IMG/VR virus record: IMGVR_UViG_3300010163_001518
Coordinates: 8,671-72,670 of that record
Reading direction: 5' to 3' (one strand)
DNA length: 64,000 bases
Source: a virus
Taxonomy: Duplodnaviria; Caudoviricetes
Made by a program: the position numbers and the translations under genes. Below, in pieces: positions 1 through 9,378 of this stretch. The stretch's first letter is position 1, and every line of letters begins with the position of its first letter. The notes below the pieces were generated by a model that had not been told where the DNA came from, did not search any database, and saw nothing but the letters and a program-made list of their open reading frames with translations.

Positions 1-1764
1 GGAGACGAATTTGTCCTTGATCGCTGTGAGCTTCCCGCCTGTCAAATTGTCGAGGAAGGTATAGCCCGCCGTGTAGATGCCCTTCACGCCCTCGATCGCG
101 GCGGCGGCTGCGCCCCGGATGCCCCCGCCGTGGGACTCGTAGGCGGTACGCATATTGTCGAGCTTTTCCGCGACGGTGTCACGGGCCGCGCCCATGACGG
201 AGCCGATCACGTTGCCGATGCCGGAGAAGACGGCCTTCGCCGTCTCAAGGGCTGCGCCGAGCTTCTCCTTGAAGAAGCCGAGGATATTGTTGACGAGATT
301 TCGGAACCATTCACACTTGTTATAGAGCAGCACGATCGCCGCTATGAGGGCCGCGATGCCGATGACGACCCATGTGACCGGGTTCGCCAGCAGCGCCGCC
401 GTGAAGCTCCAAACGCTCGATATGAGCGGCGCGAGTGCTGCCTTTGCTATCCCGAAGCCCGCCTTGAGCAGCTTGAAGGCCGAGACGGCCTTCGTGATTG
501 CGAGGCCCGCGCCGCCGACCACGACGGCGATCGTGCCCGCCACGGTGAGGAAGCCTCCGATCGCGAGGACGATGAGCATAATGACCTTGACAAGCTCTTG
601 ATTTTCCTCTATCCACGACGCGACTTTTGTGAGCACGACCTCGCCCTTGCTCATGAGGTCGTTGATCGTGGGGAGCAGCGCGTTCCCGATAGACTCCTTG
701 ACGTTCTGGATGCGCTGCGTGAGGCGCTCGAACCGCTCCGGCTCGGTCTCATTGATTGCGTTCGCCATCTCGGTGGCGACGCCCGTCCCGGAGCCGAGGG
801 CGTCATACATATCGAGGATATTGTTCTGTAGGTCTCCCGTCTTGCTGTAGAGGAGGTCGATGAGGGCCACGGCCTCGGTGTCCCCAAAGGCTTTTTGCAG
901 CTCCATCTTTTCGGCGGCGTCCATGGTGTCGCCGAACTTCCCCCGGAGTAAGTCCAGGATTTCGGGCATAGACAGGAGTTGATTGTTCGCGTCCGTGAAG
1001 GACAGGCCCAGGGCCTCGCCGCCCTTCGTCGCCGACCGTAGGAACGCCTTGTACTTCGTGCCCGCCTCGCTGCCGCTCATGGTAGCCTGTAGCATACCGA
1101 GGATGGAGAGCTGCTCCTCGAGGGGGACGTTCGACGTCGTCGCCGACGCGCCGAGGGTCTGGATGGCGCTCGCCATTTGCGAGCCGTCCGTCTTGAACTG
1201 CTGCACCGACCGGGCGATGCCCGCCGAGAACATCTCGCCGAACTCAATGTCGGTGAGGTCGTCATAGTAGCCCTTGTAGATACCGTAGCCTGTAGCAAAG
1301 AGGGAGGTCATCTCCCCGATCGTGGACTTTGTCGCCTTCGCTGTGAGGCCCGCGAGCTCCGTGTACTCGGCGACGCCTTCGTCGGATAGGGAGGCGATGC
1401 CGCTCTTGATGTCGTAGGCTGCGCTTATGAAGTCGGCCTTCGTCGTTCCGGCCCATTGGTCGGAGAAGCTCCGGGCCGCGTCTTCGACCGCCTCAAGGTC
1501 TTTGACGCCCTGGGAGGCGAGCTCGCCGATCGCCCGGCGCGTCTCGAAGGTGGCCTCAACAGGGGCGAGGACGGCCCCGGTGATCTGTGCGCCCGCTTCC
1601 TGCATGACCGCCCCCGACTTTGCAATATTGCCGAAGCTCGCGCCGAGGGCGTCCATCTTGGACACGTCGGCCCCCACCCGGGAGGCGACGCTCGCCATGG
1701 GCCCGGAGAGGTTGTCGACCATGTTCATGACGAGGGATAGTTTGAAAACAGACTCTAAACTCAT
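1..1764 (-). CDS. Tail tape measure protein (TP901-like), runs off window start
   Basis: Open minus frame from ATG 1764 (MSLESVFKLSLVMNMVDNLSGPM...), Ala/Gly-rich with a hydrophobic segment; follows the tail chaperone; absent from the ORF track because there is no stop in the window. Confidence 0.9.
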   Translation of the reverse strand, partial: MSLESVFKLSLVMNMVDNLSGPMASVASRVGADVSKMDALGASFGNIAKSGAVMQEAGAQITGAVLAPVEATFETRRAIGELASQGVKDLEAVEDAARSFSDQWAGTTKADFISAAYDIKSGIASLSDEGVAEYTELAGLTAKATKSTIGEMTSLFATGYGIYKGYYDDLTDIEFGEMFSAGIARSVQQFKTDGSQMASAIQTLGASATTSNVPLEEQLSILGMLQATMSGSEAGTKYKAFLRSATKGGEALGLSFTDANNQLLSMPEILDLLRGKFGDTMDAAEKMELQKAFGDTEAVALIDLLYSKTGDLQNNILDMYDALGSGTGVATEMANAINETEPERFERLTQRIQNVKESIGNALLPTINDLMSKGEVVLTKVASWIEENQELVKVIMLIVLAIGGFLTVAGTIAVVVGGAGLAITKAVSAFKLLKAGFGIAKAALAPLISSVWSFTAALLANPVTWVVIGIAALIAAIVLLYNKCEWFRNLVNNILGFFKEKLGAALETAKAVFSGIGNVIGSVMGAARDTVAEKLDNMRTAYESHGGGIRGAAAAAIEGVKGIYTAGYTFLDNLTGGKLTAIKDKFVS

Positions 1765-1825
1765 TGTGACCGCTCACCTCCTTCGTGTTGTTTGGAGGCT
1801 GTCTATAGCGACCGCGCCGCCCGGG

Positions 1826-2059
1826 TCAATCCGAGGAGAAAACCTCGGAGATCGCCCGGGCGACGATGTCCTGCTCAAGCTGCTGAATGAACCGTGCCTT
1901 CGCGAGGAAGTCCAGCAGCACGTCGAGGTCGTCGATCGCTTCGGGGTCAAATTGCTCTAAAAGAGGCGGGGGGACATAGCGGTATATCTCAAGAAGGGCG
2001 CTTTCTGCAAAGCTCTCCCTTATCCCCGCGACCTTCTCTCTTAGAGCTTCTTCAAATTT
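1826..2059 (-). CDS. -1 frameshift extension of tail chaperone (G-T type)
   Basis: A AAT TTG heptamer at 2053-2059; -1 frame open to TGA at 1826-1828. Confidence 0.7.
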   Translation of the reverse strand, partial: KFEEALREKVAGIRESFAESALLEIYRYVPPPLLEQFDPEAIDDLDVLLDFLAKARFIQQLEQDIVARAISEVFSSD

Positions 2060-2409
2060 ACATCATTCCCGAGGCCCAGCAGCTCGCCGAGCTTGTTCCC
2101 GATCGTGATGGAGATGCCGGGATATTCCTCCATGTCGGAAACGAGCCGATCGCGGTCTTCGTCAACGACGGAGTCGAGGATGAAGGTCTTGCTCGCCTTG
2201 GAAATGCCGATCTTGGACATCGTCTTCACGAAGCGGTCATACACGGGGATGCTGGGCCGCTTGAAGAAGTAGCTGATCTCCTGCTCGTTCTCGTCGTCGA
2301 CGGGAACGGTGACGCCGACCTTGTAGACCTTGCCGTATTTCTGCTTCATGGCCTCGGCGGCGTTGTCGGTGCCGGGGGCGGCGGTCTCGTTCTTCTTCAT
2401 GCCTTCCAT
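2041..2409 (-). CDS. Tail assembly chaperone
   Basis: 122 aa between tube and tape measure; ends at slippery AAATTTG. Confidence 0.8.
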   Translation of the reverse strand: MEGMKKNETAAPGTDNAAEAMKQKYGKVYKVGVTVPVDDENEQEISYFFKRPSIPVYDRFVKTMSKIGISKASKTFILDSVVDEDRDRLVSDMEEYPGISITIGNKLGELLGLGNDVNLKKL

Positions 2410-2458
2410 GTGTTAATACCTCCGTTTTTTCTCAAATTTCTTGAGTCGGCGCGGCCCG

Positions 2459-2893
2459 TCAAACGGGCTCGACGCCGTCCTCCACGATGCCGCCGACGAT
2501 CATGAGGTCGATGTCGACGGAGAGGGTCTTGTCGCCCTGCGCGGCCTTATGGCTGCGCTTGACAAAGACGACTCGCTTGAGCTCGTCGATGCGGGTGCGC
2601 CCGCCGGGGTTGGCGTAGGAGACGACCACGGAGGGGAACTCCACGCCGTAGAAGGGCTTTCCCGTGGCCTTGCAGTAGTCCAGGACGTCGTCGAAGTCGT
2701 CCCGGTGCATGGACATCTTGCCGGACGCCTTGTAGTTGCCCTTGCCGTAGCCCCGGGGCCTGCTGCCCTTGCCGTAGGACTCCTCCATCTCCTGCTCGTC
2801 GTCGTAGCTGATCTCCTGGACGATGAGGTTCAGGCCGGGGACTTTGACGTCTACATCGCCCCACCCGTAGCTGATACCGTTTACTTTAATCAT
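2459..2893 (-). CDS. Tail tube protein
   Basis: 144 aa after sheath; INGISYGWGDV start, ISYDDEQE...YGKG..PRGYGKGNY. Confidence 0.8.
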   Translation of the reverse strand: MIKVNGISYGWGDVDVKVPGLNLIVQEISYDDEQEMEESYGKGSRPRGYGKGNYKASGKMSMHRDDFDDVLDYCKATGKPFYGVEFPSVVVSYANPGGRTRIDELKRVVFVKRSHKAAQGDKTLSVDIDLMIVGGIVEDGVEPV

Positions 2894-2912
2894 GCGGCTC
2901 TACCTCCTTCCC

Positions 2913-4397
2913 TTACACGCTGGGCCGACGCCGGGCGAGGTCAATGTAGACCTCGCGGATGTAGCCCCGGGACAGATAGCGGATTTTCGTCCGCATGGTC
3001 TCGTCCTCGATGAAGGTCTCCTCATGCCCGTCCATGAGAATGATCTCGGCGGCGCTGATTTCCTTCGCGTCGATCATACGCTGCAAGGGCTCAAAGAGGA
3101 ATTTGCATCGGGTCTCGAGCTCGCCTTGAATGTCCTCGAGGTCGATGTCGTCGTTCATGAGGTCGAGGCCCTTCTTCCGGGTCTCCCGAATGATCTTGTT
3201 GAGAACGCGGACGTCTTCCGCATAGCGGTAGTCGCTGCCGTCCGGGGAGAGCATCTTCGTGTGGTAGACGAAGTAGTCGTCCTTCCCGTCGTACTCCCGG
3301 AAGGTGAGGAAGCCCGCAAGGTCGAGCAGCTCGATGATGGCGTTGTCCAGCTCCACGGGGAGCAGCTCCTCGAGCTTCGTCTTGCGGATGCCGAAGCCCG
3401 CCTCCTCCCGGGTCTTGCCGATGGAGGTCTGGACGCTGGACTTCGCATAGAGGCCGGAGACGAGGCCCGCAAGGTTGACGATCTTCGCCGAGCCGTCCAG
3501 CTTGACGAGACGGCCCCACGCGGCGACGACCTGGATGTTGTAGTTCCTCACCTTCTTCGCCTTCGCCTCCATCTCAAGGGCCCAGTCGGTGAGATCGCCC
3601 TCCTCGCCGCCGCCTCCGAGCACGGGGCCAGCGCCGCCGCCCTCGCTGGGCGTGGGGAACGCGGCCTCCATGACGAAAAACATCGGCTTGTGGTAGGTCT
3701 CGAATAGCTGCGTCTGCGCCTCTCCGACCGCTTGCCAAAGGGCGAGATCGCTCTCGCCGACGATGTGGACGAACTCATACTCCTCGGCGAAGTTTTGGAG
3801 CTTCGCGATGGCGTTGAGGACGTCCCCGTTCGTCATGGTGGGGGCGGTAGTGGTGAAGGTGTAGGAGTCGTTCACAATGAACGAGCTCGGCTTCTGGTCA
3901 TCCTCCGTCGCCTCGGTGAACTTGAGCTTGAGCCCCGTCCCCTCGATCTCATACTCGCCCGTCATAGGGACGGTGATCTCGTCGGTGAAGTTGCTCCCGC
4001 CGTCAATAGACAGCACAAAGGCGGCGGTATTCAGCCCGCCCTGGGCGGTGATCTTGACGACGACCGAGAAGGCGTTCGTCGGGGAGCCGTCGACCGCCAC
4101 GCTTCCGCTGCCGTCGCCCTTCTTAGAAACGCTTCCCATCTCGCCCGCCGTGGTGGCGGAGACCGGGAGGCAGTAGATGCGGTTCGCGCCGAACTGGACG
4201 GAGTCCATGACGGCGTCGGCGAGGGGAGACAGGCCGAGGCGGCTCTTGATCTGTGCCGCGTCCATGGCCCCAGTCACGACGATGGGGGTGTCGGAGACCA
4301 CGGGGGAGACGCCGATCTTGAGGTGACGCCCGTCGCCCGTGGCGGTGGCGAAGCCGAGGTTCTTGTCTGTGATATGGTGCTTGACGTCTCGAAGCAT
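2913..4397 (-). CDS. Tail sheath-like protein (DUF2586-type)
   Basis: MLRDVKHHITDKNLG start; C-terminal YAEDVRVLNK..R; precedes tube. Confidence 0.85.
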   Translation of the reverse strand: MLRDVKHHITDKNLGFATATGDGRHLKIGVSPVVSDTPIVVTGAMDAAQIKSRLGLSPLADAVMDSVQFGANRIYCLPVSATTAGEMGSVSKKGDGSGSVAVDGSPTNAFSVVVKITAQGGLNTAAFVLSIDGGSNFTDEITVPMTGEYEIEGTGLKLKFTEATEDDQKPSSFIVNDSYTFTTTAPTMTNGDVLNAIAKLQNFAEEYEFVHIVGESDLALWQAVGEAQTQLFETYHKPMFFVMEAAFPTPSEGGGAGPVLGGGGEEGDLTDWALEMEAKAKKVRNYNIQVVAAWGRLVKLDGSAKIVNLAGLVSGLYAKSSVQTSIGKTREEAGFGIRKTKLEELLPVELDNAIIELLDLAGFLTFREYDGKDDYFVYHTKMLSPDGSDYRYAEDVRVLNKIIRETRKKGLDLMNDDIDLEDIQGELETRCKFLFEPLQRMIDAKEISAAEIILMDGHEETFIEDETMRTKIRYLSRGYIREVYIDLARRRPSV

Positions 4398-4639
4398 TAC
4401 TTCCTCGCCTCCTTCTTGTGTGCGGCCCCGCTCATGGGGGCCGAGGTGAACTTCTGAACCGCCCCGAGGAACTCGGCCTCGGTGACGGTCTTCCCGGGCT
4501 TCCAGCCCTGCGCGGCGCACACGCCCGCAAAGACGGCCCGGGAGATCTTCTTCTCGCTGCGGAGCTGCTCGATCGTGAAGATCTTCGCGGCCTCCGCCTG
4601 GGCCGGGGCCGAAGCCTCGGCGGTTTTCTTAGTAGCCAT
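4397..4639 (-). CDS. Small hypothetical tail-region protein
   Basis: 80 aa, start/stop coupled to neighbours. Confidence 0.65.
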   Translation of the reverse strand: MATKKTAEASAPAQAEAAKIFTIEQLRSEKKISRAVFAGVCAAQGWKPGKTVTEAEFLGAVQKFTSAPMSGAAHKKEARK

Positions 4640-5152
4640 TTACAGACTCCTTTCCGTTGTTCTTTCGATGGCTTCGATCTCGACGTGAGTCAGCGGGCCG
4701 AAGTCGGTGTCCCTGTATAGCCCGCCCTGGAAGGTGATCGCCACTTGAACGGCGACTTGAGCCTTGAGGATGGAGTCGTCTTTGTTGACCCAGTCCGCCC
4801 CCTCGACCTCGATCGGGACAAAGTCTCCATTGACGTAGATGCCCCGATCGAGGCTTGCGAGGAACTTCTCGAACATGGTCTCGACCGTGTCGTCGTTATA
4901 GTCGCCGATCGTCACGGTGAAGGTGAGGTTCCGGTTGAAGACCTTCCGCCTCTTTTTCCGCGCTCCCTGTTGGTCTTTATAGTAGGTTTTGGAGCCGTTT
5001 CGGGAGATGGCCTCCTCGTCGAATATGACCGCGCCGACGTGGCTCTCTTGGCTTTTCTCGAGGCCCTTGATGGTGGTGTAGGGCTTGGATTTGAGCCCCG
5101 CCTCCTTGAGCTTCGCGAGCAAGTACGCCTTGCTCTCCGCGTATAGTGACAT
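4640..5152 (-). CDS. Putative tail terminator/completion protein
   Basis: 170 aa, position between morphogenesis gene and sheath. Confidence 0.6.
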   Translation of the reverse strand: MSLYAESKAYLLAKLKEAGLKSKPYTTIKGLEKSQESHVGAVIFDEEAISRNGSKTYYKDQQGARKKRRKVFNRNLTFTVTIGDYNDDTVETMFEKFLASLDRGIYVNGDFVPIEVEGADWVNKDDSILKAQVAVQVAITFQGGLYRDTDFGPLTHVEIEAIERTTERSL

Positions 5153-5649
5153 TAGTCCTCACCTCCGACGAACTCCTCGACGGTGTCCTTGATCTCGTCC
5201 ATGTCCTCGCTTGAGAGGCCGAGGAAGGGGCGGGCGGGGATTTTGACCTTGACCTGTTTCTTTGTAATCCATTTCCCGCCCACTTGGAAGCGGAGCCCCC
5301 TCGAGGTCTTTGCCCGGATAGTCCGCCCCGGCTCGCCGAATTGGTGGGTCGCTCCATGTTTGACATTAGTGCCGACCGCGAAGCCCGTCTCGTCCGCTCG
5401 GGACTTGATCGAGTTTCGGAGCTGCGACGTGTCGATCAGGGTCTTCCCGCCTACCGTCGCGGCCCGGATGGAGGTCTTCCACTTCTTGCCGTTCGGGCCT
5501 CTGCTCTGCCGGAAACGCTCGAGAGTAGACTCCCGGACGCCCTCGGCGAGGGCCGCGTTGAGGCCCTTTCGGTCGATCTCCGAGTAGCTCCTCATTTTGC
5601 GGAGCAGCGCGGAGACGTCGCCTTCGAGCCGTATGCTTGTACCGGGCAT
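5152..5649 (-). CDS. Virion morphogenesis protein (Mu gpG-like)
   Basis: GKTLIDTSQLRNSI, VGTNVKHGATHQFG, IPARPFLGLS motifs. Confidence 0.9.
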   Translation of the reverse strand: MPGTSIRLEGDVSALLRKMRSYSEIDRKGLNAALAEGVRESTLERFRQSRGPNGKKWKTSIRAATVGGKTLIDTSQLRNSIKSRADETGFAVGTNVKHGATHQFGEPGRTIRAKTSRGLRFQVGGKWITKKQVKVKIPARPFLGLSSEDMDEIKDTVEEFVGGED

Positions 5650-5653
5650 AGCC

Positions 5654-6115
5654 TCACATCCCCTTCATTTTGTCCCGGCTGAAAAGCCGGGGGTTCGACT
5701 TTGCGGCGAAGCCTGTCGCGGCGGCGGAGGCGGGGTCGTCGCCATCCGTGCCGGAGCCGACGTTCACCTTGCCCTCCGCGACGAGGGTGAGGAACTTGAC
5801 CGCCGCGTTGTAGCGGTTGAGGTAGTTCTTCTCGGCCTCGCCCTCGTCGATGCCGATGCGGGAGTAGAGGTTGTAGATCGCGATGTCCTTCGAGAACTTA
5901 TTGAGCACTCTCGGGACGGGGTCAAAGGGGACTCTGTAGCGTTTGGCGAGGTAGCCGTCGATCTCGGCGTCCGCGTCTGCGATCGCCATGTCGATGATCG
6001 GCCCGATCTTCGCCTCGCGCTCCGCCTCGTCCTCCTCGAAGGTGTCCCCGATAATTACGTTGAGGGCGTCGTCCTTGAGCATTTCGCGGACTTCGGCCCT
6101 TATGCTGTAGCTCAT
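5654..6115 (-). CDS. Head-to-tail connector (Mu gp36/DUF1320-like)
   Basis: AIADADAEIDGYLAKRYRVP; RYNAAVKFL. Confidence 0.9.
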   Translation of the reverse strand: MSYSIRAEVREMLKDDALNVIIGDTFEEDEAEREAKIGPIIDMAIADADAEIDGYLAKRYRVPFDPVPRVLNKFSKDIAIYNLYSRIGIDEGEAEKNYLNRYNAAVKFLTLVAEGKVNVGSGTDGDDPASAAATGFAAKSNPRLFSRDKMKGM

Positions 6116-6143
6116 GGCGCTCCCTCCTTATCAGGGTCGGGGT

Positions 6144-7034
6144 TTACGCCTGGGCGCTGCCGTCGCTGCCGTAGGCCATCTGCCAGAAGCCGAAGCCCGC
6201 GTTCCCCCGGGAGTCCGCGCCGTAGAGGAACTGCTTCTTCATGAAGACGTTGTCGTCGGTCTCGGCGGTCTTGCTCACGAACTTCGCCTTCTTGCGCTCC
6301 TGGTAGATGAGGGGCTTGACGGGGCGGGAGGTGCAAAGCAGATACCACGCCGTATCATGCCCGGCAAGCTGCGGGACGACGAGGGGCTTCGCGGTGCCCT
6401 GCATCGTGTTCCGGGTGCCGTTGATAAAGTCGGCGACGAGGATGTCCCGGGCCCGCGCCTCGAGGGCAGGAGGGACGACGAGGGTGTCGGGGATGAGGTT
6501 CAGCGCCCGGCCCTTCGCATTGGTGAGGCTCATGATCGCGGTACGGGCTGCGATGTACGCCTCAAGGGAGAGCTGCGCGGTGCCCATGTTGGAGACCGTC
6601 TTCTTGCCGATCTCGTGCTTGTCGGAGAAGAAGGGCTTCCCGTCGTAGCACTTCGCGGAGAAGCCGGAGGCCAGCAGCGCGAAGATGAGCTCGTCGGGGT
6701 GCTGGGCGGCGGACTGGGCCAGCATCTCGACCGAGGGATTGTAGAGGCCGATCTTGTCGTCCTCGATCGCGTTGCGGTCAATGCCGATGGTGAGCTCGAA
6801 GTCCTTGTTCCTGATCGCATAGCCGGAGGCTGCGAGGTTCTGGACTTCGCGGTCGCCGATCCACTCCCGCATACCGGGGATATCCCCGAGCCATGCGTAG
6901 GTCTCGACGTCGGTCGTGGACGGAGTGACGGTGGCGATCGTCTTGTAGAGGGGCTCGACGGTGGCGAGGGCCTTGTTGAAAAGGGTGTTGAAGCCCACAT
7001 AGATGCCCCTCAAGTTTTGGGGATTGACAATCAT
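6144..7034 (-). CDS. Major head subunit (Mu gpT-like)
   Basis: YAWLGDIPGMREWIGDR, NKDFELTIGIDRNAIEDD, YGADSRGNAGFGFWQMAY. Confidence 0.92.
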   Translation of the reverse strand: MIVNPQNLRGIYVGFNTLFNKALATVEPLYKTIATVTPSTTDVETYAWLGDIPGMREWIGDREVQNLAASGYAIRNKDFELTIGIDRNAIEDDKIGLYNPSVEMLAQSAAQHPDELIFALLASGFSAKCYDGKPFFSDKHEIGKKTVSNMGTAQLSLEAYIAARTAIMSLTNAKGRALNLIPDTLVVPPALEARARDILVADFINGTRNTMQGTAKPLVVPQLAGHDTAWYLLCTSRPVKPLIYQERKKAKFVSKTAETDDNVFMKKQFLYGADSRGNAGFGFWQMAYGSDGSAQA

Positions 7035-7055
7035 GATCTATTCCTCCTTCTTGTG

Positions 7056-7496
7056 TTAGGCCGAAGCGGCGGGCCCGGTGTAGCCGAAGCCCATCTCAAC
7101 GGCGACGCCTTCATCGTCCACACGGACGACGAGGCCAGCGATGGAAGCGCCTGTCGCGGCCTTGGTGACGGTCTGGTCGTCCTCGATGTAGCACGGGCCC
7201 AGCACGTCGGCGGCTGCGAGCTTGTTCGCGGCGGTGGCGGTGTTCTCAAAGACGAAAACGCCCCGCTTCACCCGGACGACGGCCTCGCCGTCCGCGCCGC
7301 TGTTCTCGATGGTCTCCTCGGCCCGGCCCGCCGCCTTGAGCCCCGCCGCCTTCTTGCCGGGGACGGCGAAGCCGTTCGCGTCGATCGCGACGATGGAGCC
7401 CTGGAAGATGGTCGTCGAGCCCTTCACGGGGAGCACGATCGAAGTCGCGCCGCTCATGATCTCATTGGTGTCTCTCGGTGCCTTCAATGCTGCCAT
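7056..7496 (-). CDS. Capsid decoration/cement-like protein
   Basis: 146 aa Gly/Ala-rich, between protease and major head. Confidence 0.65.
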   Translation of the reverse strand: MAALKAPRDTNEIMSGATSIVLPVKGSTTIFQGSIVAIDANGFAVPGKKAAGLKAAGRAEETIENSGADGEAVVRVKRGVFVFENTATAANKLAAADVLGPCYIEDDQTVTKAATGASIAGLVVRVDDEGVAVEMGFGYTGPAASA

Positions 7497-7500
7497 GGTC

Positions 7501-8535
7501 TTAGTCCTCCTTCATTCCGTACTTCATGACGTCCTCGGCGCTGATGCCGAGCTGCTTGCAGACGAACATCGTCGCCTCGTCGGGCTTGTTGCCCTTGAGG
7601 GCCACGTCGCCGGAGCCGACCACGTCGCCCATGGGTACGACCTGGGGGGCCTTCTCGACGAAGTCCTTGAAGTCGCCCGGGCTCTTGAGGGCGTAGCCCT
7701 TCGCCCATTCCCGCTGTGCCGGGGTGATCTTGCCCGCCTTGAGGGCCATCTCGACGGCCTCCTCGGCGTCCCGGTCGGCGAGCTTCTCCTTGAGGGCCTT
7801 GACCTCCTCGGCGAGCCCGTCGCCGCCCTTGAGGGCCATGATCGCCGCCGCGACGTCGGCGGTGGGGGCTCCGGCCTTGAGGCCCAGCAGCTCACAAACC
7901 TCCTTGTTTGCGACGACCTTGTCGCTCTCGGGCGGCTGCTGCTTCGCGGCCTCGGCGTTCTCCTTGAGGCTCTTGTTCTCCTCAAGGCAAGCCTTGAGGG
8001 CCTCGGAGACCTGCTCCTCGGTGGCGTCTTCGCCCAGGCCGAGCAGCTTCGCGATCTCTTTCAGAAAATCCATGTTGTCTTGTCCTCCTTCAAAATTGAG
8101 TGAGTTGACGATCGGGTCGATGTGCTCGATCGCCGGGGTGTTGGTGAGGGCGATCGAGTGGAGCCCCATCGCCTTGTTGTCCGACTTTCGGACGGTGATG
8201 ACCGGGGAATGATAGCGGTACTCACGGTTCTCGAGGTACTCCTTCGCCCGGGGCGTCCACTCGACCCGCGCCTTGATCTGCCCGTCGTCAAGGAAAAGCT
8301 CCTTGACCCATCCAGCGGCGGGGGCCTGTTCCCCGGTGAGGGTCTGGTGCTCGTAGTCGACGACGAGGTCGACGCCCCGCTGGGCGATCTGCGCCTTCAT
8401 GGCGGCGAAGCTCTCCTCGTCAACATCGAACTCCCCCTTCGCGCTCTTGACGTGGCCCATGGGGAGGACGGTGATGACCTCCGGGGCCCCGCTGATCTCC
8501 ACCTCGCCGCCCTTGAGGGTGAGAAAGTCCTTCAT
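7501..8535 (-). CDS. Prohead protease/scaffold (Mu gpI-like)
   Basis: VDYEHQT, APAAGW, YRYHSPV, ALTNTPAI. Confidence 0.92.
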   Translation of the reverse strand: MKDFLTLKGGEVEISGAPEVITVLPMGHVKSAKGEFDVDEESFAAMKAQIAQRGVDLVVDYEHQTLTGEQAPAAGWVKELFLDDGQIKARVEWTPRAKEYLENREYRYHSPVITVRKSDNKAMGLHSIALTNTPAIEHIDPIVNSLNFEGGQDNMDFLKEIAKLLGLGEDATEEQVSEALKACLEENKSLKENAEAAKQQPPESDKVVANKEVCELLGLKAGAPTADVAAAIMALKGGDGLAEEVKALKEKLADRDAEEAVEMALKAGKITPAQREWAKGYALKSPGDFKDFVEKAPQVVPMGDVVGSGDVALKGNKPDEATMFVCKQLGISAEDVMKYGMKED

Positions 8536-8575
8536 TTGCTCTTGTCCTCCTTCGCTTCCTTCTTGTTGTGGCCTG

Positions 8576-8596
8576 TAACGCCGTTAAACGGCGTTA
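8576..8596. promoter_or_regulatory. 21-bp palindrome in F-I intergenic region
   Basis: TAACGCCGTT-A-AACGGCGTTA. Confidence 0.45.
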
Positions 8597-8670
8597 TAAC
8601 GGCCCGTTCCCGGCTACCCTGTGAAATTACCCTCCCGACGTTCTCGGCTCGTCTGCGGCCTTTTACGGGC

Positions 8671-9378
8671 TCATGGTGAGGGGTTCTCCTTTTCTCGGTT
8701 TTTGTATGCCTTTATAAGCGGCTCGGGGTAGCCTGTGAGGTCGGGGGAGAACTTCACCTTCGCCGGGTTGGTGCCGAAGTGAGGGTCGGGCGCGATCGCT
8801 GGAAACTTGTCCTCGACCGTGAGCCCCCGGGCCTCGACTTGCCGCTTCGAGAGGGTTCGCACGGTGCAGCGGCATCTAAAGCCGTTCGGGGGGAACCAGG
8901 TATTCCAGATCGGATGATCTGCCGGATAGACCCTCCCGTCCATCGCGAGATGGCTCGGGCGCGTGTGGGAGTCGTTGACGGCGTCGTACTGCCAGTAGGG
9001 GCGGAGCTTCATGACGCTCGGGTCTGTCATCTGCTCATAGTGCCCCACGTTGTAGGCCGTCTGTATGTTGGTACGGAAGATGAGGTCGGCTTGCAGCGGG
9101 TCGAGCCCCTCATATCCCTCGCTCTTGAGGAAGGCGTTTATATGGGAGCGGAACTCCGAGAAGGTATTCCCGTCTTCCAGGGCGGCGAGTATCTCGTCAT
9201 AGAACCGCTTGAGGATTTGCGCCTTCGTGTACCCGCTGACGGTGAAGGCGAGCCCCCGGTATTGCTCGGCGATGCTGTAGAAGACGTCCGCCGTGACCGG
9301 GACGCGGCCCTTGAAGTAGTCGACGGCCTCCTCGAAGGTCATGTCCTTCCGGGAGAATACGCTCTCAATGCCGTCCAT
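8671..9378 (-). CDS. Minor head protein (Mu gpF/SPP1 gp7-like)
   Basis: IFRTNIQTAY, YDAVNDSHTRPSH, PPNGFRCRC. Confidence 0.92.
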   Translation of the reverse strand: MDGIESVFSRKDMTFEEAVDYFKGRVPVTADVFYSIAEQYRGLAFTVSGYTKAQILKRFYDEILAALEDGNTFSEFRSHINAFLKSEGYEGLDPLQADLIFRTNIQTAYNVGHYEQMTDPSVMKLRPYWQYDAVNDSHTRPSHLAMDGRVYPADHPIWNTWFPPNGFRCRCTVRTLSKRQVEARGLTVEDKFPAIAPDPHFGTNPAKVKFSPDLTGYPEPLIKAYKNREKENPSP

